From Fimicolochytrium jonesii (lineage: Eukaryota), in NCBI RefSeq assembly GCF_025526975.1, contig NW_026515681.1, positions 558,001 to 622,000 of the forward strand: a stretch of 64,000 nt of DNA, written 5' to 3'. A program made the position numbers and the translations under genes. Under the pieces are notes generated by a model. That model was given only the letters and a program-made list of their open reading frames with translations, had not been told where the DNA came from and searched no databases. Of the stretch, positions 14,235-30,013 are shown piece after piece (the stretch's first letter is position 1; the number at the start of each line of letters is the position of its first letter).

Positions 14235-16107
14235 ATGACAAGCGACACGTACCCCGTCCATCGCCTAGTCTTCAAGAACGATCTTGACGGCCTTCGACAG
14301 GCCCTGACCACCATCGCGGATAGATCGTCGCTCGACCAGAAATGTCGCGGTCAAACTCCACTCACCCTCGCTGTCTCTCTCGGGCGGAAGGAATGTGCGA
14401 AGCTGCTATTGGAGGCTGGGGCGTCTACGCTCGTGAGAAATGCACAGGGATGGACGCCATTCCAGGAAGCGACCAGCTTTGGTGACCGTGAGCTTATGGA
14501 GCTCATTTTTCGGAAACGACGCGCTGAACTCGCGAACTGGTTGAAGACGACTGGGAGGGATGTGCTTTGGAAGATATCTGAGGACCTGAACAACTTCTAT
14601 CTCGAAATGCGGTGGTCGTTTGGATCATATGTCCCCTTTGTCAGCTCAATATGTCCATCGGACACTTATAAGATCTTCAAGAAGGGACGGAACGTTCGCA
14701 TTGACACCACGCTCGTTGGATTTGAAAGCCTATCGTGGCTTCGAGGCGATATCTCAATTGTCTTCACAGAGGAAAGCGAAGGTAGCGTGTGTGCGATAAT
14801 GGTAATCTTTTCTTCCTCAGGCGTCCGGGCATGAACTAATGCAGCACATGCTTCTGTGGCGCCTCAGGTTCTCGGCTGGTAATCTGCGATCATCAACGGA
14901 AATTAGTGCAACAGCTGTGGCCACGGGATTTCACAATTGGAGATGATGAGATTGCAGAGGAGCTCAGCATAAGCTTGAACACGACGATGGTAGTGTGCCC
15001 TGAATACAGAAGAATTGGCTACTCTGCTATGCGGAAGAACTCACTTATTTGGCTCGCTTTGTCTAGGTGACCCCACCAGAGTTTGATCTATCGCGCTTCA
15101 GTCTATCTCGGACGAAGAGTGGATTCTGGACATTCAAAATCGATCGCAACGAACGCGTCGGCCCCTGGGAAACATCGGTATGGTCGGTCGACGCCGTTGA
15201 ATGCGTCACTAAGACCCGCACAGAACATCTCGAGGTGCATCCACTCCCGGTCGTCGAAACAGAACCGGAGCCGAAGAAGGAGAAAGAGCCACCAAAGGCG
15301 TCTGGATCGGATACCGAAGCTGGATCGGATGAAGGTGACGATCGCACAGCCACCACGACCAAGGAAGAAGAAGACGAGCTCATTCGCAAATATGAGACGG
15401 GCGAATGGACAGCCGAAGAAGGCGAGATCGACGCCAAGAAGGCGATACGCAAATTCGCTCACTTCCGGCCGACACTGGACCCTCCACCGTCAGATTCCGT
15501 CGTCTCCTACGACGACTTCTTTGCAGAAAGCAAGCTCGATGAGTTTCTCCATGTCGGTAGACCCATGAAAATCGAGCATGGCGTCAAAAAGGGCAGCGCG
15601 ACGCTTTGGATGTACAACGGTGCCCCGATCGTCCACGGCGCGTCTGCGGTCGCCGCGCAGTCTGTAGAAGATTCAGAGGAGGCTGCGGCGACTTACTCGT
15701 TCTTCCCGACGGTGGTGCAGGCGAAACCCACGCCGCCTATCTCCATTCAGTCCGATGAGTTTCCGCTGAAAGTGGAGACCCTGTGGCCGCTTCTGGATCT
15801 GATTGGCATGGGCGCGGACAAGAATGTCGGGGCTTTCAAGGAATTCTTGAACAAGAACCTGCCTCCTGGGTTTCCTGGTACGTGTGTGCAGCGCTACTAT
15901 TCCTTTTGGTCCCCTATTGACCTCATGATCTTCTTTTCCGCAGTCCAAATCGAGATCCCCGTCGGTCTTCTTCCCCTCAGCGCACTAGTAACCTTCCAAA
16001 ACATCAGCACAACATTCCCTATCGAAGACAAGATGTTTGCAATACCCGGGAAGAAGGAAGGATATAGGCGGGGCGAGGTCGTTAGTGGTAGCGACGGTTC
16101 TATCTAA
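14235..16107 (+). CDS. ANKRD13-family protein (ankyrin repeats + GPCR-chaperone domain)
   Basis: GQTPLTLAV and GWTPFQEA ankyrin repeats, FYLEMRW, PSDTYKIFKKG, RIDTTLVGF, C-terminal LPPGFP-VQIEIP; spliced. Confidence 0.9.
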
Positions 16108-16280
16108 ACGATATGTAGCGGATATATATACTGGGAACCGGGCTGGACCACGGGGTAGGAAGGAAGATGGTCATAATGATTTTATAGTAGGGCTGCCCAT
16201 GCATCGCTGATTTGTCCTGAGTTCTTGTGCTGTGCACTCCTTGCTGATATACCACCTCAGGACGTAGGTTCGTTTCAAAA

Positions 16281-16466
16281 GGGAAATGCCAAAACGACAC
16301 CGGGTGTCGCCACGACACCCCTAATTGTTAAGTGCCCCAGTTAGGGTTAGGGTTAGGGTTAGGGCTAGTAACACCCAGCCCTAACCGGCCGAAAGCCGGA
16401 GCGTGTTGTTATGGTAGGTTAGTTACCCAAAAAGTCGTTCATATGGGTGTCGTTTTAGCAATTCCC
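16281..16466. mobile_element. 186-bp MITE with ~21-bp TIRs, 8-bp TSD and internal (TTAGGG)4
   Basis: Left end GGGAAATGCCAAAACGACACC; reverse complement of right end GGGAATTGCTAAAACGACACC (2 mismatches). TTTCAAAA is duplicated at 16273-16280 and 16467-16474. Confidence 0.85.
16341..16364 (+). repeat. Interstitial telomere tract (TTAGGG)4 inside the MITE
   Basis: Four perfect TTAGGG units. Confidence 0.95.
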
Positions 16467-16613
16467 TTTCAAAACCCGGCGAATAAAACCTGCAAGCAAT
16501 TCAGATGCCGGTCACGTGCATTTAACCTACTGGACGCATTCTTGCTCGTCCGATCCTCAGGCTCTGTTGAGCCAGCTGAAAGTAATCCTCAGATCTTCAC
16601 GCACACTGCAACA

Positions 16614-18549
16614 ATGGGTGACGCAGGATTCTTCAAGGTTTGTACATACATTGGAGCTCCATACCCGCCGGCCGATATGAGTGCCCTATTCCCGCTTTGA
16701 GTTGACCCTTCCTCCTCATCCTAGGGCACAAGCGCCGACCAAGACAGTCGATTCGGCGACAAGCAAAAAAAGCTGCTGAAATCCCTGAAGTTTCCCAAAA
16801 TCTTCGAGGAGAAGGTATGGACTTGGTATTCACTTTCTGGAGTTGTATCTGGGTGGCGGGACCGGCATGAGCGTGGGGTTGTGGCTAGCGCAACCTCGTA
16901 TGAAGAAAAGTTTTGATCTCAAAGATCCTCCTTGTGCCAGCCACCAAGTGCTTGTATCTCAATGCAACGCAATTAGCTGAAACTCGCCCTCCAATGGTTT
17001 CGCTTTCGCTCAGGTAGACATCAAAAAGGTCAATTTGGATGTGCTGCGGCCATGGGTGACTTCGAAGGTGGTGGAGTTGGTAGGGTTTGAGGATGATGTG
17101 CTGGTGGAGTTTGTTTTCAATCTTCTTGAAGCAAAGGTTTGTGCGACTTTGATTTTGCTGGATGTCTCTCATCCCACTTATTGGAGTCCCTGCCATTCTC
17201 TCCAGAAACCGGATCCGAGGACGATGCAAATAGAGCTGTCCGGCTTTTTGGAAAAGAATGCGCCAAAGTTCATGGAAGAACTGTGGGGGTTACTGGTCAG
17301 CGCGCAAAACAGTATAGGGGGGATACCGCAGCTGTTTTTGGACCAAAAGAAGGAGGAGATCATGAAGAAGAGGCAGGAGGAGGAGGAGATACGAGCTCAA
17401 CTCGGAAAATTGCGTGAGAAGGAGGCTGCCGAGCGGAAGAACGCACCGCCAGCCTCGTCGCGCATTGGCGAGGCTCCTGCGCGGCGACCAGAGTACGGAA
17501 ACCGTTACCAAAGTGGAGAGATGGACCGGGATCGCGACCGGCGGCGTGATTCGTATAGAGACCGGAGCAGGAGCCGGTCCCGAAGCCGAGATGCATACAG
17601 GCGACGCGATGACCGCCATCGATACGACTACAGATCTGACGACCGACGAGGAGGATATCGTGATCGGGAGCGCGAACACGACCGGTACAGAGATGATACT
17701 TGGGAGAGGGATCGGGACCGCGACCGCAGGAGAGATGGCGGCGACCGTTACCGAGACGATGACAGACGTAGGGGCCGAGACGGCGATCGGCACAGAGACG
17801 GGGACCGGGAGAGGCGGTATGACAGCGATACGACCCACGATGAATTTGGGCGAACACGGGACAGTCGCCGCCGCTCGCGAGATGACCGTGCAGACTCTGA
17901 TCGCAAGCGAGATGATGGGCGGACAAACGACCGTCGTGCATCTCGCGACGAGCGAAAGCGCGGTCGTAGTCCCAGTCATAGTCGTAGCCGCAGCCGCAGC
18001 GTAAGCAAAGACGTAGCGCGCGACCGGAAACCCCGCGACACTGCTCCCGAAAACGGAACCCACAACCGTGCCTCGGTCTCCCCGCGCCGTGAAAAGCCCT
18101 CCGCATCAAAAGACACAAAGGAACCCGACCGCCGACGACACCGCTCCACCAGCCGCGACTCACGCAAGCCAGCAGACGACACGCATTCCGACACGGGCTC
18201 CGAATCCGGGTCTGGCTCTGGCTCTGGCTCTGAGTCTGGATCGGAGTCGGGCTCAGCCTCCTCGCGCTCACGCTCACGCTCACGGTCCGCTAGCCGGTCC
18301 CCATCTCGCTCGCCGTCCCGGTCACCCTCCCCGAAACGCCGTCGGCGTAGGCAGAGTCCTAGTCCGTCGCCTGTCCGTGGAGGCCTGGCGAAGGGCGATG
18401 AGGGGCGGAAGGATGGCGGGAAGAATGGGAAGCGGGAATCGAGGTATAGGAATGACGCGGATGACAAAAAACCGGTGTCAGATAAGAAGCTGGCGGAGAG
18501 GGCGGATGGTGATGATGAGGAGAGTAGGGCGAAGAGGGTTAAGCGATGA
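16614..18549 (+). CDS. SRRM1: PWI-domain RS-rich splicing factor, SRRM1/SRm160-like
   Basis: MGDAGFFK|GTSADQDSRF...LRPWVTSKVVELVGFEDDVLVEFVFN...MQIELSGFL...FMEELWGLLVSAQ, followed by an RD/RS-rich tail. Confidence 0.92.
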
Positions 18550-19333
18550 ATCTCAGTGGTATGCATACCGCTCCATGTGGTGGTTTTGTCGATATGTATC
18601 TAGCTGGCGTTCACTTGTCATTCAGCAATGGCATGAATATGTATGCAATGGCGAGAATCATATTTGATGTTCGAAATTGTACAAAACAGGAAAGCGGGAT
18701 AACTATGGGGACGCTCGGACGTCGGGATGTATTCGTAATCCCTACTCCTCCGTCTATGGGAATATCTAACGAGTGGGCAAACCTTTTTAATGTGGGCTAG
18801 AAGACAAGTCCAGCCGTGGATTAAAGGGCCGGGAATGGCCGTCGCTAGTTCAGATTACGGATTTGACTTATTGCGGAGCAGAGAGGTATGGATATGTACA
18901 GTACCATGGATAGATAGATCCAGACAGTGTTTGAATGAGACTCACATGAACCTTTCGGAATGAGCCCCTCAACGGCATGTTAACAAGCGATGATTTGGAA
19001 ATCTTCGCTAGATTTTTGATCTAGAGCTACTCTGCGAGATCCATTGAATAATCTGTCAGTGGCTCCGTCAATCCTTGGAATGGCGATCGACTTGAGTTGG
19101 TGGCAGCTGTCCAATGAAGCCGCTCTCCTCTCTGCATCGAAAGCCCCTTATTGAGATACTGCACACTCTCAAAAAACGCAATCCTGACTATTCCCATAAG
19201 ATAAGGTACAGAGACAAGCCGCGTATGAAAAGAGGTCGGGACTAATGGCATGTCTACATGGATAAGTGAGTACTATGTAGATGCGAGATGTTGTCAAGGC
19301 TCAAGGGGTGAGATGTGATGAGGCGTTCGGGAT

Positions 19334-21044
<1,711 letters not shown>

Positions 21045-22325
21045 TCAGGCTTCGAGGACAAAACGACGGAGTATGGATTGAGGTTTGCGCTTTATGTAGC
21101 CCGGGGGTGGGGCGGAACGCAATGAAACCTTGGGAGATGCCGGGGGGGATGGAGGGATGTTCGCTATGTTGTGTGGTGTCTTGGCAAGCCTTCTATGGCT
21201 TTGACAAGTTCGCACGAGTCCACGAATTCCCAACGCTGATGACGTGGGACGCCCGCCTTGACTGGCCCGCCCACTGTCCAGCTGTCAATCACAGACATCT
21301 CCGTCCATTGCCCCACAGCGCTTTCTTTGCCAACCGCTGATATGGACTACCAAGATAGGAAGGCAGGAAGGCTCCCTCGGAAACCCTCATCGTCTTCAAA
21401 CCCCAATTCTGTCAGTGAACTGGTACATACACTGATCTCTGTGTGAGGCTATATGTATACATGTCGGAATACATGATTGCTTGCAGCCTCGCACCGCTTT
21501 CATCTGTGAAACTGTCAGCTTCAAGGGCCGCAGGGGCGTGCTGCCACTTCGCTTCGCGCCGATGCTGTCGGCATACACCACAATCTCCATGTCGTATCTA
21601 CTACAGTGTATCTGAGGATATTTTTGGACAGATATCCGCGGACCGGCGGACTTATGTACTACTTTGATCGCTCGATACTCGCATATTTCTTTCGGACAGA
21701 TACACTTTTCATGCATCGTACGCCACGGATTTCGTGTAAAGGTGTGCCGGGTCAGAACATGCACGAACGAGTAGCACATACATGTACAGCTAGCTGATCG
21801 GGCAGTTTTGCGTATCGGATGAACGCCAGTAGATGTAACCTACAGAAAGGCCGAGGAGCACAATGGCCGGTGGGACCCTGCATGATCGATACTGACGATC
21901 GCAAGATCCCAATACTGTACCATACACCCGTGGTGCTGAGCTGGAAGAAAAGGGGTGATGAGAGCTCTAGCAACCTGCCAAACGGGCCGCTAATACATGG
22001 GCGCCTTCGCCTTCCTGATGTCCGCAAGATTCGGACGCCCAATAAACCCTCACGTGACAATAATAAACACAAAAGCTCGTTGGAACTTGGAGTGTGCTTG
22101 GGGTCGCGTCATCTGGGGATTCTGGGCGACTGTGGGCATGTCAAGAACCACTAAAAGCAACTTGGCAGCTGGCTAAACAGCCCTGACTAACCCAAAACAA
22201 CAGGCCGACTACACTATATATACCCGACGTCGGACCACTGTGAACTGCAATACTTACCCGAATCTTATCTATCTCCCAATTGTCCATTATCGCCCCGCCT
22301 CCAAATATACGATTCTTCAGCCGTT

Positions 22326-24264
22326 ATGTACAGAAGTGTCAACAACAGCGACCAGAACGGTCCTGCCGCGACCGCACCGCCAGCTGGCGGATACCAGCCC
22401 TCTCCCGCAGGTAGTGGGGGCCGCTCGAGACCCGGGACTGGGCCTGTTGGGAGAGGACATGACCCGCTGACGAGACCGATACCCAAATTGAAACCGAAGG
22501 GGGACTATAGCGAGTGTGCTTGTGGGTCAGTGACAGAATATCCATGTGATTTTTGGAACGAGCTGACTGACGAGTGATCACTTTCCTAGGACGAAATATG
22601 GCTTTTGGAGGAAGAAAACAAACTGCCATTATTGTGGGGATGGTGGGTATGCTTCTCGCGCGTCTCTTCGACCAGATTACGCCGATTCTCAATTAGAGGC
22701 CGTTTTCCGCAGTCAAATGCCCATCGTGCGTTAACGATCAGAAGCTCTTGCTCCCGCAATTCGGGGAATTCAACCCCGTGCATGTCTGCACATACTGCGT
22801 CTTTTTCGTCACGAGTAAGTCAAGTAATCTTTGAATCACAGCCCAATGGCACCTGCTGATATGGTGCCCAATTAGCCGGCCAGATGTCTGAAGTGGAACT
22901 CTATAAACTTCCCACGAAAGACTTACAAAAGTACATCAAGGCGTATAACCTTAAAGGCGATGGGCTGCTAGAGAAGAGTGAGCTCGTGAAGCTCATAGCA
23001 AATACAGTCATCGGGGCGGCCGAAGAAAAGGCGTTCCGGGCACAGGTGAACTACGCCCCTGTGGATAAGAAGAAGGAGGGACGAAATGAGGATGCGGGGG
23101 AATACCCAGGGGCACGGGCAGGGTCGAGTCGTGGCTCGAGCGCAGCCGGACGCCGGAATAGGAATGAGGAGGCTACTCCGGAGAGAGGAGAACGCGAGCG
23201 GCGTGAAAGGAGGGAGACTGAGGCGCGGGCTCGAGCACGAACGGATGCGGATATCGTTGAGGAGAGGGCCAGGAGGGCGAGACGGGAAGCAGAAGCGGTG
23301 CATGAACGGGCGCGGTCGGAAGCGAGGCGGGCGAGACCTCGACCTCCATCGAGTTCGCCTCCTCATTATCCATACACCGGGGCTGCTGCCCCGCCGCCGC
23401 CACCACCCGGTATGCCTCCAGGCTATGCCGGTATGCCAGGCTCCGAATATCTTCCGGCCGGCGTTGCGGAGCTGTTGGCGCAGATGACCGGGCAGTTTAC
23501 CTCCCATCCTGGACCAACCCCGAATGGAGAGTCATATACCTACACTACTACAAACACGAATACCTCACATAATGGCATGCCGTACTCGAGCGCGAACACT
23601 GCACAGAGCGGGATGCCGAGCTGGATGGGTGGTGTCCCGCCGATGCCTAACCATCCGGGCCAGCCGCAACAGCAACGTGCTTCGCCATCCACCCACGCCC
23701 CACGACCACAGCAGCCTCAGCAACAGCAAAACCGCCCATCACAACCACGCCCAGCGGCAATCCCACCGCCCCCATCCCTCAAATCACTCCTCGCGACCAA
23801 AACCGACCCAAGCACCCTCTCTGTGAAGACCCTCAAACAAATCCTCGCCGAAAATCTCGTCGACCATGCCAACGTCCTCGAAAAATCCGAGCTGGTAACG
23901 CGAGTGAAGCGGTTACTTGATGCTGCGAAAGTGGAGGCTGAGATACAGGCTGCCGCCGACGAGAGTTATAAGAATGCTGGTGGAGGGTCTACGGCCACGG
24001 GGGCAGGGCAGTCGGGTGGAAACGATTTGGAATCGATGCTGTGCAAGATTTGCTGTGATAAGGTGGTTAATTGCGTCTTTTTGGAGTGTGGGCATCTTGT
24101 TACTTGTAAGTTGTTGCGAAATGTGTTGTTCATTTTTTGGGTTCTGCGTTGCTGACTGCTTATCTGTAGGCATGGATTGCGGAAAGCTTCTTGAACAGAC
24201 CTCGCGGGAATGTCCCATTTGTCGCGAACGGATCTCCAGGATTGTTCGTACCTTCAACGCTTGA
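22326..24264 (+). CDS. RNF34/RFFL-like E3 ligase (FYVE-like Zn finger, two SAP-like repeats, C-terminal RING)
   Basis: Spliced CACG...KKTNCHYCG...CPSC...VCTYC; two LEKSELV repeats; CKICCDKVVNCVFLECGHLVTC|MDCG...CPICR. Confidence 0.88.
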
Positions 24265-24973
24265 CGAGCTACATATACAGTATGTCTGATAATGCCGTTG
24301 CAAGCAGTTTGGAATAGGCAGATTTATAGTAGTTCTTTTTGGCGTGGTATACAGTAGAACCCATTTTGCAAAGTATGAGTGATCCCAGACACGTTTGGCA
24401 ATGAACTATTGGCCTGGCTCAGCCGGGGACGGCGAAACAACCACCAAATCAATGCCCGACATGCTCATGTGGAGGTCAGAGAAGCGTTGCTGAACTGTGC
24501 AATACAAGGCAGCCCCTCTTGTCTTTTTTTGTTCGCCAAGCCCCAACGACGAAGCAAATATTAGGGCTGGATATCACTCCTCGGAAACGCGTTGGAACCT
24601 GGACATGGTTTTAGGGTTCATAGATGTGATTATGTCAGCAGAGAATATTCGGACATGAAGAGACACGGAGGGATACGAGATAAAGATTCGTGAAGCAAAA
24701 TGATTAGACTCGGGAAGCATTTTGATTAGGGAATCGACATGGAATGCCCAGATCCGGGTTAGAAGGCGCCCAGAGCCTCCCTGGCCCCTGAGGTGTCTCA
24801 TGCAGCCACAGCGTCGGGTCCAAGTGTCTCTCTTCTGAATCAAGCGGGGAAGGAGCCATAATCAGCACAAGGGGGATGGCTCACCTGCTGTCACTGCCTG
24901 CATGCATGCTCACAATTGAACCCTGCACGCCCCTCCACAAATATCGCACAACAAACCAGTGGTGCGAAACACA

Positions 24974-25002
24974 CAGACAGACAGACAGACAGACAAAGAC
25001 AG
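24974..25002 (+). repeat. (CAGA)n microsatellite
   Basis: cagacagacagacagacagacaaagacag upstream of the PSP1-like gene. Confidence 0.8.
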
Positions 25003-25213
25003 CAGGCATCTGCGTCTCACGTCACTGCAACTCAACTCCAAAGATTCGTTTGCCTCGCAGCGTTATCCGGTATCGTCTCAACTTGTACATACATCACTGA
25101 TTAATACCACCTCGGACAACTGGATCCTGCCCTTCTGGGAAAAGAAAAGGAACACCACACCCGAATCACAGCCGCCTCCCATAACAACAACCGGAGTGGC
25201 AGCTAGAAGAACC

Positions 25214-27467
25214 ATGTCAGCCAGTCCCGAGGAGCGCTCTCAAGGGCGACTCGTTTACTCCCCTTCGGGAGCCAACCCGCCAACGGGGCCCTCAGCAGGT
25301 CGATCCACGCTGGCCCATGTCGCGCAATCTGCCGCGGCTAGGTCGACTAAGCAGGGTCAACCACAATGGGCTAACAGGAATAACTCTGATGGTGCGTTTG
25401 AGAGCTCGTTCGGGGGCTGGAGGGAGGGAGAGCAAGACCTTCGTTTGGCTCACTGTCATATGCCGTCTTTTTGTCCAGATTCCCGACTAAATTCCCTTAC
25501 GCGTCAAGCAGAACCCTGGAAAGCAGTCGGACAACGTATCGCCTCATCCTCCGTTCCAGAACTAAGCTCCTCGAATGAAGAGGCGTACTATGGCAGAGAT
25601 GAGGGGTTAGGTGGTGAGGGAGATGAAGAGCACCCACACTCGTTACGGACACGCACCACGAGCGTCCCGCAAAATGTCACAGAGTATGCGCGTAGGTTGA
25701 GCGTGGCTCTGGAAGAGACGGGAGGAGCAGGCGGTGCCAGCGGCAGCTGGAATGGAACAGGAACCGGGCCTAGGTGGCAAACCACTCAAGCGCAAGGTTG
25801 GAACGAGGGAGGTGCGCCGAACGCACAAAGCAGCCCGACGGTTGTTGGGAAGCCGACGTTTATCCCTGCTGAAGCTGCTGTGTCCGGTGCGGCATTCCCA
25901 TCAAGACAGTTCCGCAGCTACTCCTTCTCGTTTGACTCCATGAGTGCGGGTGGATTGGGTGGAAATGGCTACTCTGATTCCAAGTCGGGTGATGGCAATC
26001 ACGTAACAACGGCACCTCTGCGTGGAGGCGACGACGATGATGACAGTGATGATTACAACCCCGTCCCGACTTTTCGATCCCGCTCAAAATCGTCCTCTGA
26101 GATCTACGGGCTCCTTTCTGCTCAGGAGCAGAGCAGATACACATATCCGGCCGAGGTTGCTGCGAGCCCAGAGACGCCGCCTGCAGATTTCGGCGCGATG
26201 AAAGAGTTGTGGCAAGGGACCGGATCGAGAGTCCCAGTAGAACCGGACATTCCTTCCATCACGCACAGGCGGGCGTCTGTGCAATCGGGCGTGACGTGGG
26301 GCTCGAATGGCGACCGCCATGGCGCACAGTCGACTGCTTACACGGCTAGACAGGATCGTCGGTTCTCTCATACCCCTGGTTTATACCAGAATTATGGACA
26401 GGAGCTTATAGCTGGGTGCGTGTTTCGGACGCTGTACCTTTTCGGTGGTCCTATTCGTATGCTAACTCTTTCTTACTTTAGACCACCACACGGCGAGAAC
26501 AACCCCTATGACCTCGCAAGGCGCCGGCACTCCGTAGCAGGTCCTTTGTACGGTTCCTCGATAGATCCCGACTACATCGCCGCCGGTCTCCAGAACATGC
26601 GCATAAACGAGCAATCCGGCACACCCTTCCTCGACGAAATCGACGACTACTTTGAAAACACGAACCGTCGCACCAAAGCATGGGTGGAAGCTGGTAAAAA
26701 CCTGCAGATGCACGCTGGCGGCGGCGGTCTCACCTACACGTGGCCCCTCTACATCGTGGAATTCAAAGCCGGCCGCAAAGATTTCTTCTTCCACACCCCG
26801 GACGCGCACGCAGGCATCCTTCCCGTCAAACGCGGCGATCTGGTCATCGTGGAAGCCGACCGCGGGAAAGATCTCGGAAAGATCATCCATGATAACGTGC
26901 TGAATGTGCAGCAGCTGCAGATGTTCCAGGCGCAGTTTGCAGAGTCCCTGCCGGATTCGCATAACCCGAGCAAGGAAGTGCACCCGAAACGGATCTACAG
27001 GGCTGCTGTGCCTGCGGAAGTCACGATGCTGGTGTCGAAGAGTCAGGATGAGGCGAAGGCGGTGGCGGTGTGTCAGACGAAGATTAGGCAGAAGAAACTG
27101 CCGATGGAGGTTGTTGATGCTGAGTACCAGTGGTAAGTGGTGGGACTTACTCATCAGACGTAGGCGCTCAATATTTCGGCGCCTTCGATGACTACCTACT
27201 CACTGCTGTCTGCACGTAATATTGTCTCAACAGGGATAGGCGAAAACTCACGTTTTATTTTGTGGCCGACCGCCGCATCGATTTCCGTGAACTCGTTCGG
27301 GAACTGTTCAAGTTGTACAAGACAAGGATATGGATGTAGGTCTTTCCCATAACTTAGCACTTCCTTCGATTTCATTGGTCAATCCTGTATCATGGCGTTT
27401 GCCTGACCTTCTTCTCTTCCCCTTCTCCAGGTGTGCCGTGAACCCCATGAAAACCATGATGCATTAG
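25214..27467 (+). CDS. PSP1-domain protein
   Basis: [50 protein letters not shown]...[23 protein letters not shown]. Confidence 0.92.
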
Positions 27468-28209
27468 AAAAAACATTGCATCTCCGCTCACACGACCCGG
27501 GAGGCATTTCCTGGTACGCCAACATCCATCCACAAAACGAACACGTCGAAACCTACCCGCACGGCAACCCGCGTCCCATACGACGCCCCCCAACACAGTG
27601 TGGATCACTGCCTCTCTCCCGCCTGCTACTTGCCCTCACCCCGCCCCCTTATAAAGAAACCCCCAAGACGTAGAAAGATTTACACAGCTGCCTCTCCCCG
27701 AACACATAAAAGTGTTCAGATTCTGTAGGGGTTTCTCTTGTTGCTTGAATTGTTCAGCTTTAGTCTAGGTTCTCTTGCTGATGGTGCTTTTTTCTCGTGT
27801 ATATCTACAGTTTTTTGAGATTTAGAGTAAGAATGAGAGAGAAGATATAACTTCTGCTGTCGTCTGAGGATGGCCACATCCTTTTTTCATCGTTTGTGTG
27901 GAGTTTTGCGGAAAAGCTGCCCGTCCCGCAAGACATGCAGAATGGGCTTCGAAGCATTGATTGGTTCATCGCATTCCATATCTTGATTGACAGATTGATA
28001 GATGTATACCGCCGCACCCATCTCCATCTGGTTTTCCGCCCCCCATAACTTCCTCTCCACCAAAAGCCTTCTACGGACATCGCCAAAAAAAAAAACTCGG
28101 GCCGTCTCGTCTGGCTGCCCCAGTGTTCTGCACATCTGTCGACCCAGGTATATCCATCCCCTCCCCCCACATCCTCCTCACATCCCGACGTACACCCCAA
28201 AAAGGGCCT

Positions 28210-28618
28210 TTACTTCCGCTGCGGCACAGGCGGCCCGGTCGTCGACATGAGGTTATTGACGTACTGCAGCAGCATCTGGTTCTCGGCCGTCAGCCGGCTG
28301 TGGTCGTTGCGGGTCGATTCGACGCGTTGGAGGGTTGCTAGATATAGATAGAAAAGCCATGTCAATGAGTGCCAATGCTCTTCCCCAGCTCGCTACATTG
28401 GAGAAAAGGGGGGCTTACCCATTAAGGCTTCTTGCAAATCCAAAATCTTGCTAAAATTCCAAGGGCAAAGCAACAGACGGTAAGTCATCACGGATCTCAC
28501 CACCCCCGACAGAAACACCTGTTTTCGTGACGCTACAGGATACATACGTCACAAGCTCCTCCTTCTGCGAATCGGTGTATTCAGGCTGAGCAGCCCTGGC
28601 TTGCGATGTTTCCGTCAT
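28210..28618 (-). CDS. Short coiled-coil protein (SCOC/Slo1-like); not represented in the ORF track
   Basis: Three exons give MTETSQ...QKEEL..SKILDLQEALMATLQRVESTRNDHSRLTAENQMLLQYVNNLM...RK*, matching the SCOC pattern (LELQ...RV...ENQ.L.QY..NLM). Confidence 0.82.
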
Positions 28619-30013
28619 GGCTTTTGAAGAACGAGTGTTGTGATCGTTTTCTGTGTGGTTTTGTAAACTGGTCGTTCTACTCTCTTATGTTGAGAGTGAG
28701 GGTGGGATGTAGAACGATCTTTGTGCTTTTCAAGTGATCTAAACTGGGCTATCAATAAGGGATGGTCTGCTCATCCCACCCCGGGATTGATTCCAAAAAT
28801 AGAAACGGGGCTGGGGTTGGTAAGGAAAACGTTAAACGTGAATATAGAACATGGCCGGAGCGAACTGCCCTCCGTCCAGTGGAGACATTCTGACCGTCCT
28901 TCGAAGAAGGGACTCGTCCAAAAATCCGTCCTGCTTCCGGCAGCGATTGTGGACAGGTGATTTTGGGCCCGTCTGAGTCTTCACCGAAGCATCGTCCAGA
29001 CCCGTTTCTATAACAATCGGAGCCGGTCGGAGAACGCTCGTCCTGGCACTTGCAAACTTTTGGGCATGGAACTGACGGAATCATGACCATCATCCATGAT
29101 CGGCCATATCCCAGACTCCCAGAGCGCCTGTGAGACTCCGGTGCAACATTTGAAAAGCTCCAACTCACCAAAAACTTCGAGAAACTGTGCTGTGGGAAAC
29201 TGGCTGCGCAGCGTTAGCTTTTTGGCCAGCTTTCTTTATGAGCCTCGCCCAATTGCATTATTATCAAAGCCGCCGTGGACCAAAAACCCGGGATGGGGGA
29301 GTAGGGCGGATCAGAAAGACAAACCGTTGATGCTGGTGGACATATTGAATGCGAGATTGTCATCGAAGCTGTCAATATCGTCGCGAGCGCGATCAAAGGA
29401 ACGCAGCATCTCCTTCTGGCGGCGTCGTATAGACTCGTACAGTTGGACTTGGTATCTATCATTGGCACTTGCATGGCTTGAAGCGATATGTGCATCGACG
29501 TCCAACAATAGTCGAGGCCGCTGGGATTGATGGGGTGTATCATGCGTGATTCGGAAGGGTAGTGCACCGGAAGCACTGAAGCAGGTTGGAGTGGTTGGAG
29601 TGAACTTCGCAGCTGCTCACACAAGGAGAGGCTTCGACGGAAAAGGAGACCGTAGGAGTAGCCTTTGCCGCCTCCTTCAACCCAAGCCCCTTTCGGTGTT
29701 CGTTGCCGCCATACTCCCCGCTCGCCTCCGAGTCCATAGGGGTGACCGTGAAAAAAACCTTCTCTCCAGTGGTTTCTACATCTTCCTCCACTCAACGCTC
29801 TCCTCCGTGACCGCGAGGGGGTCTTGACTTTCGACCATTCTCACACTTAGAGCTGCATCGCGCGAAACCGGGCTTCTGTGCAGATCTCGGCAGCTCCCAT
29901 TCTTTTCGTATTCGGCGGGGCATCGTCGGCGACGGTCAGCTCCGTAGCGACGGCACAACTGCGAAGCATTCATACAGCAGCCCCAATACTAACGCCCTTA
30001 TACGCCGCCGAAG

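Noticed and set aside
17290..18667. Long antisense and alternate-frame ORFs over SRRM1 (similar cases over PFK and the E3 gene)
   Set aside because: These are shadows of GC-rich or low-complexity coding sequence.
29214..29840. Minus-strand gene between SCOC and the Boi-like gene
   Set aside because: Protein-like fragments exist, but I could not build a consistent spliced frame or find a domain.
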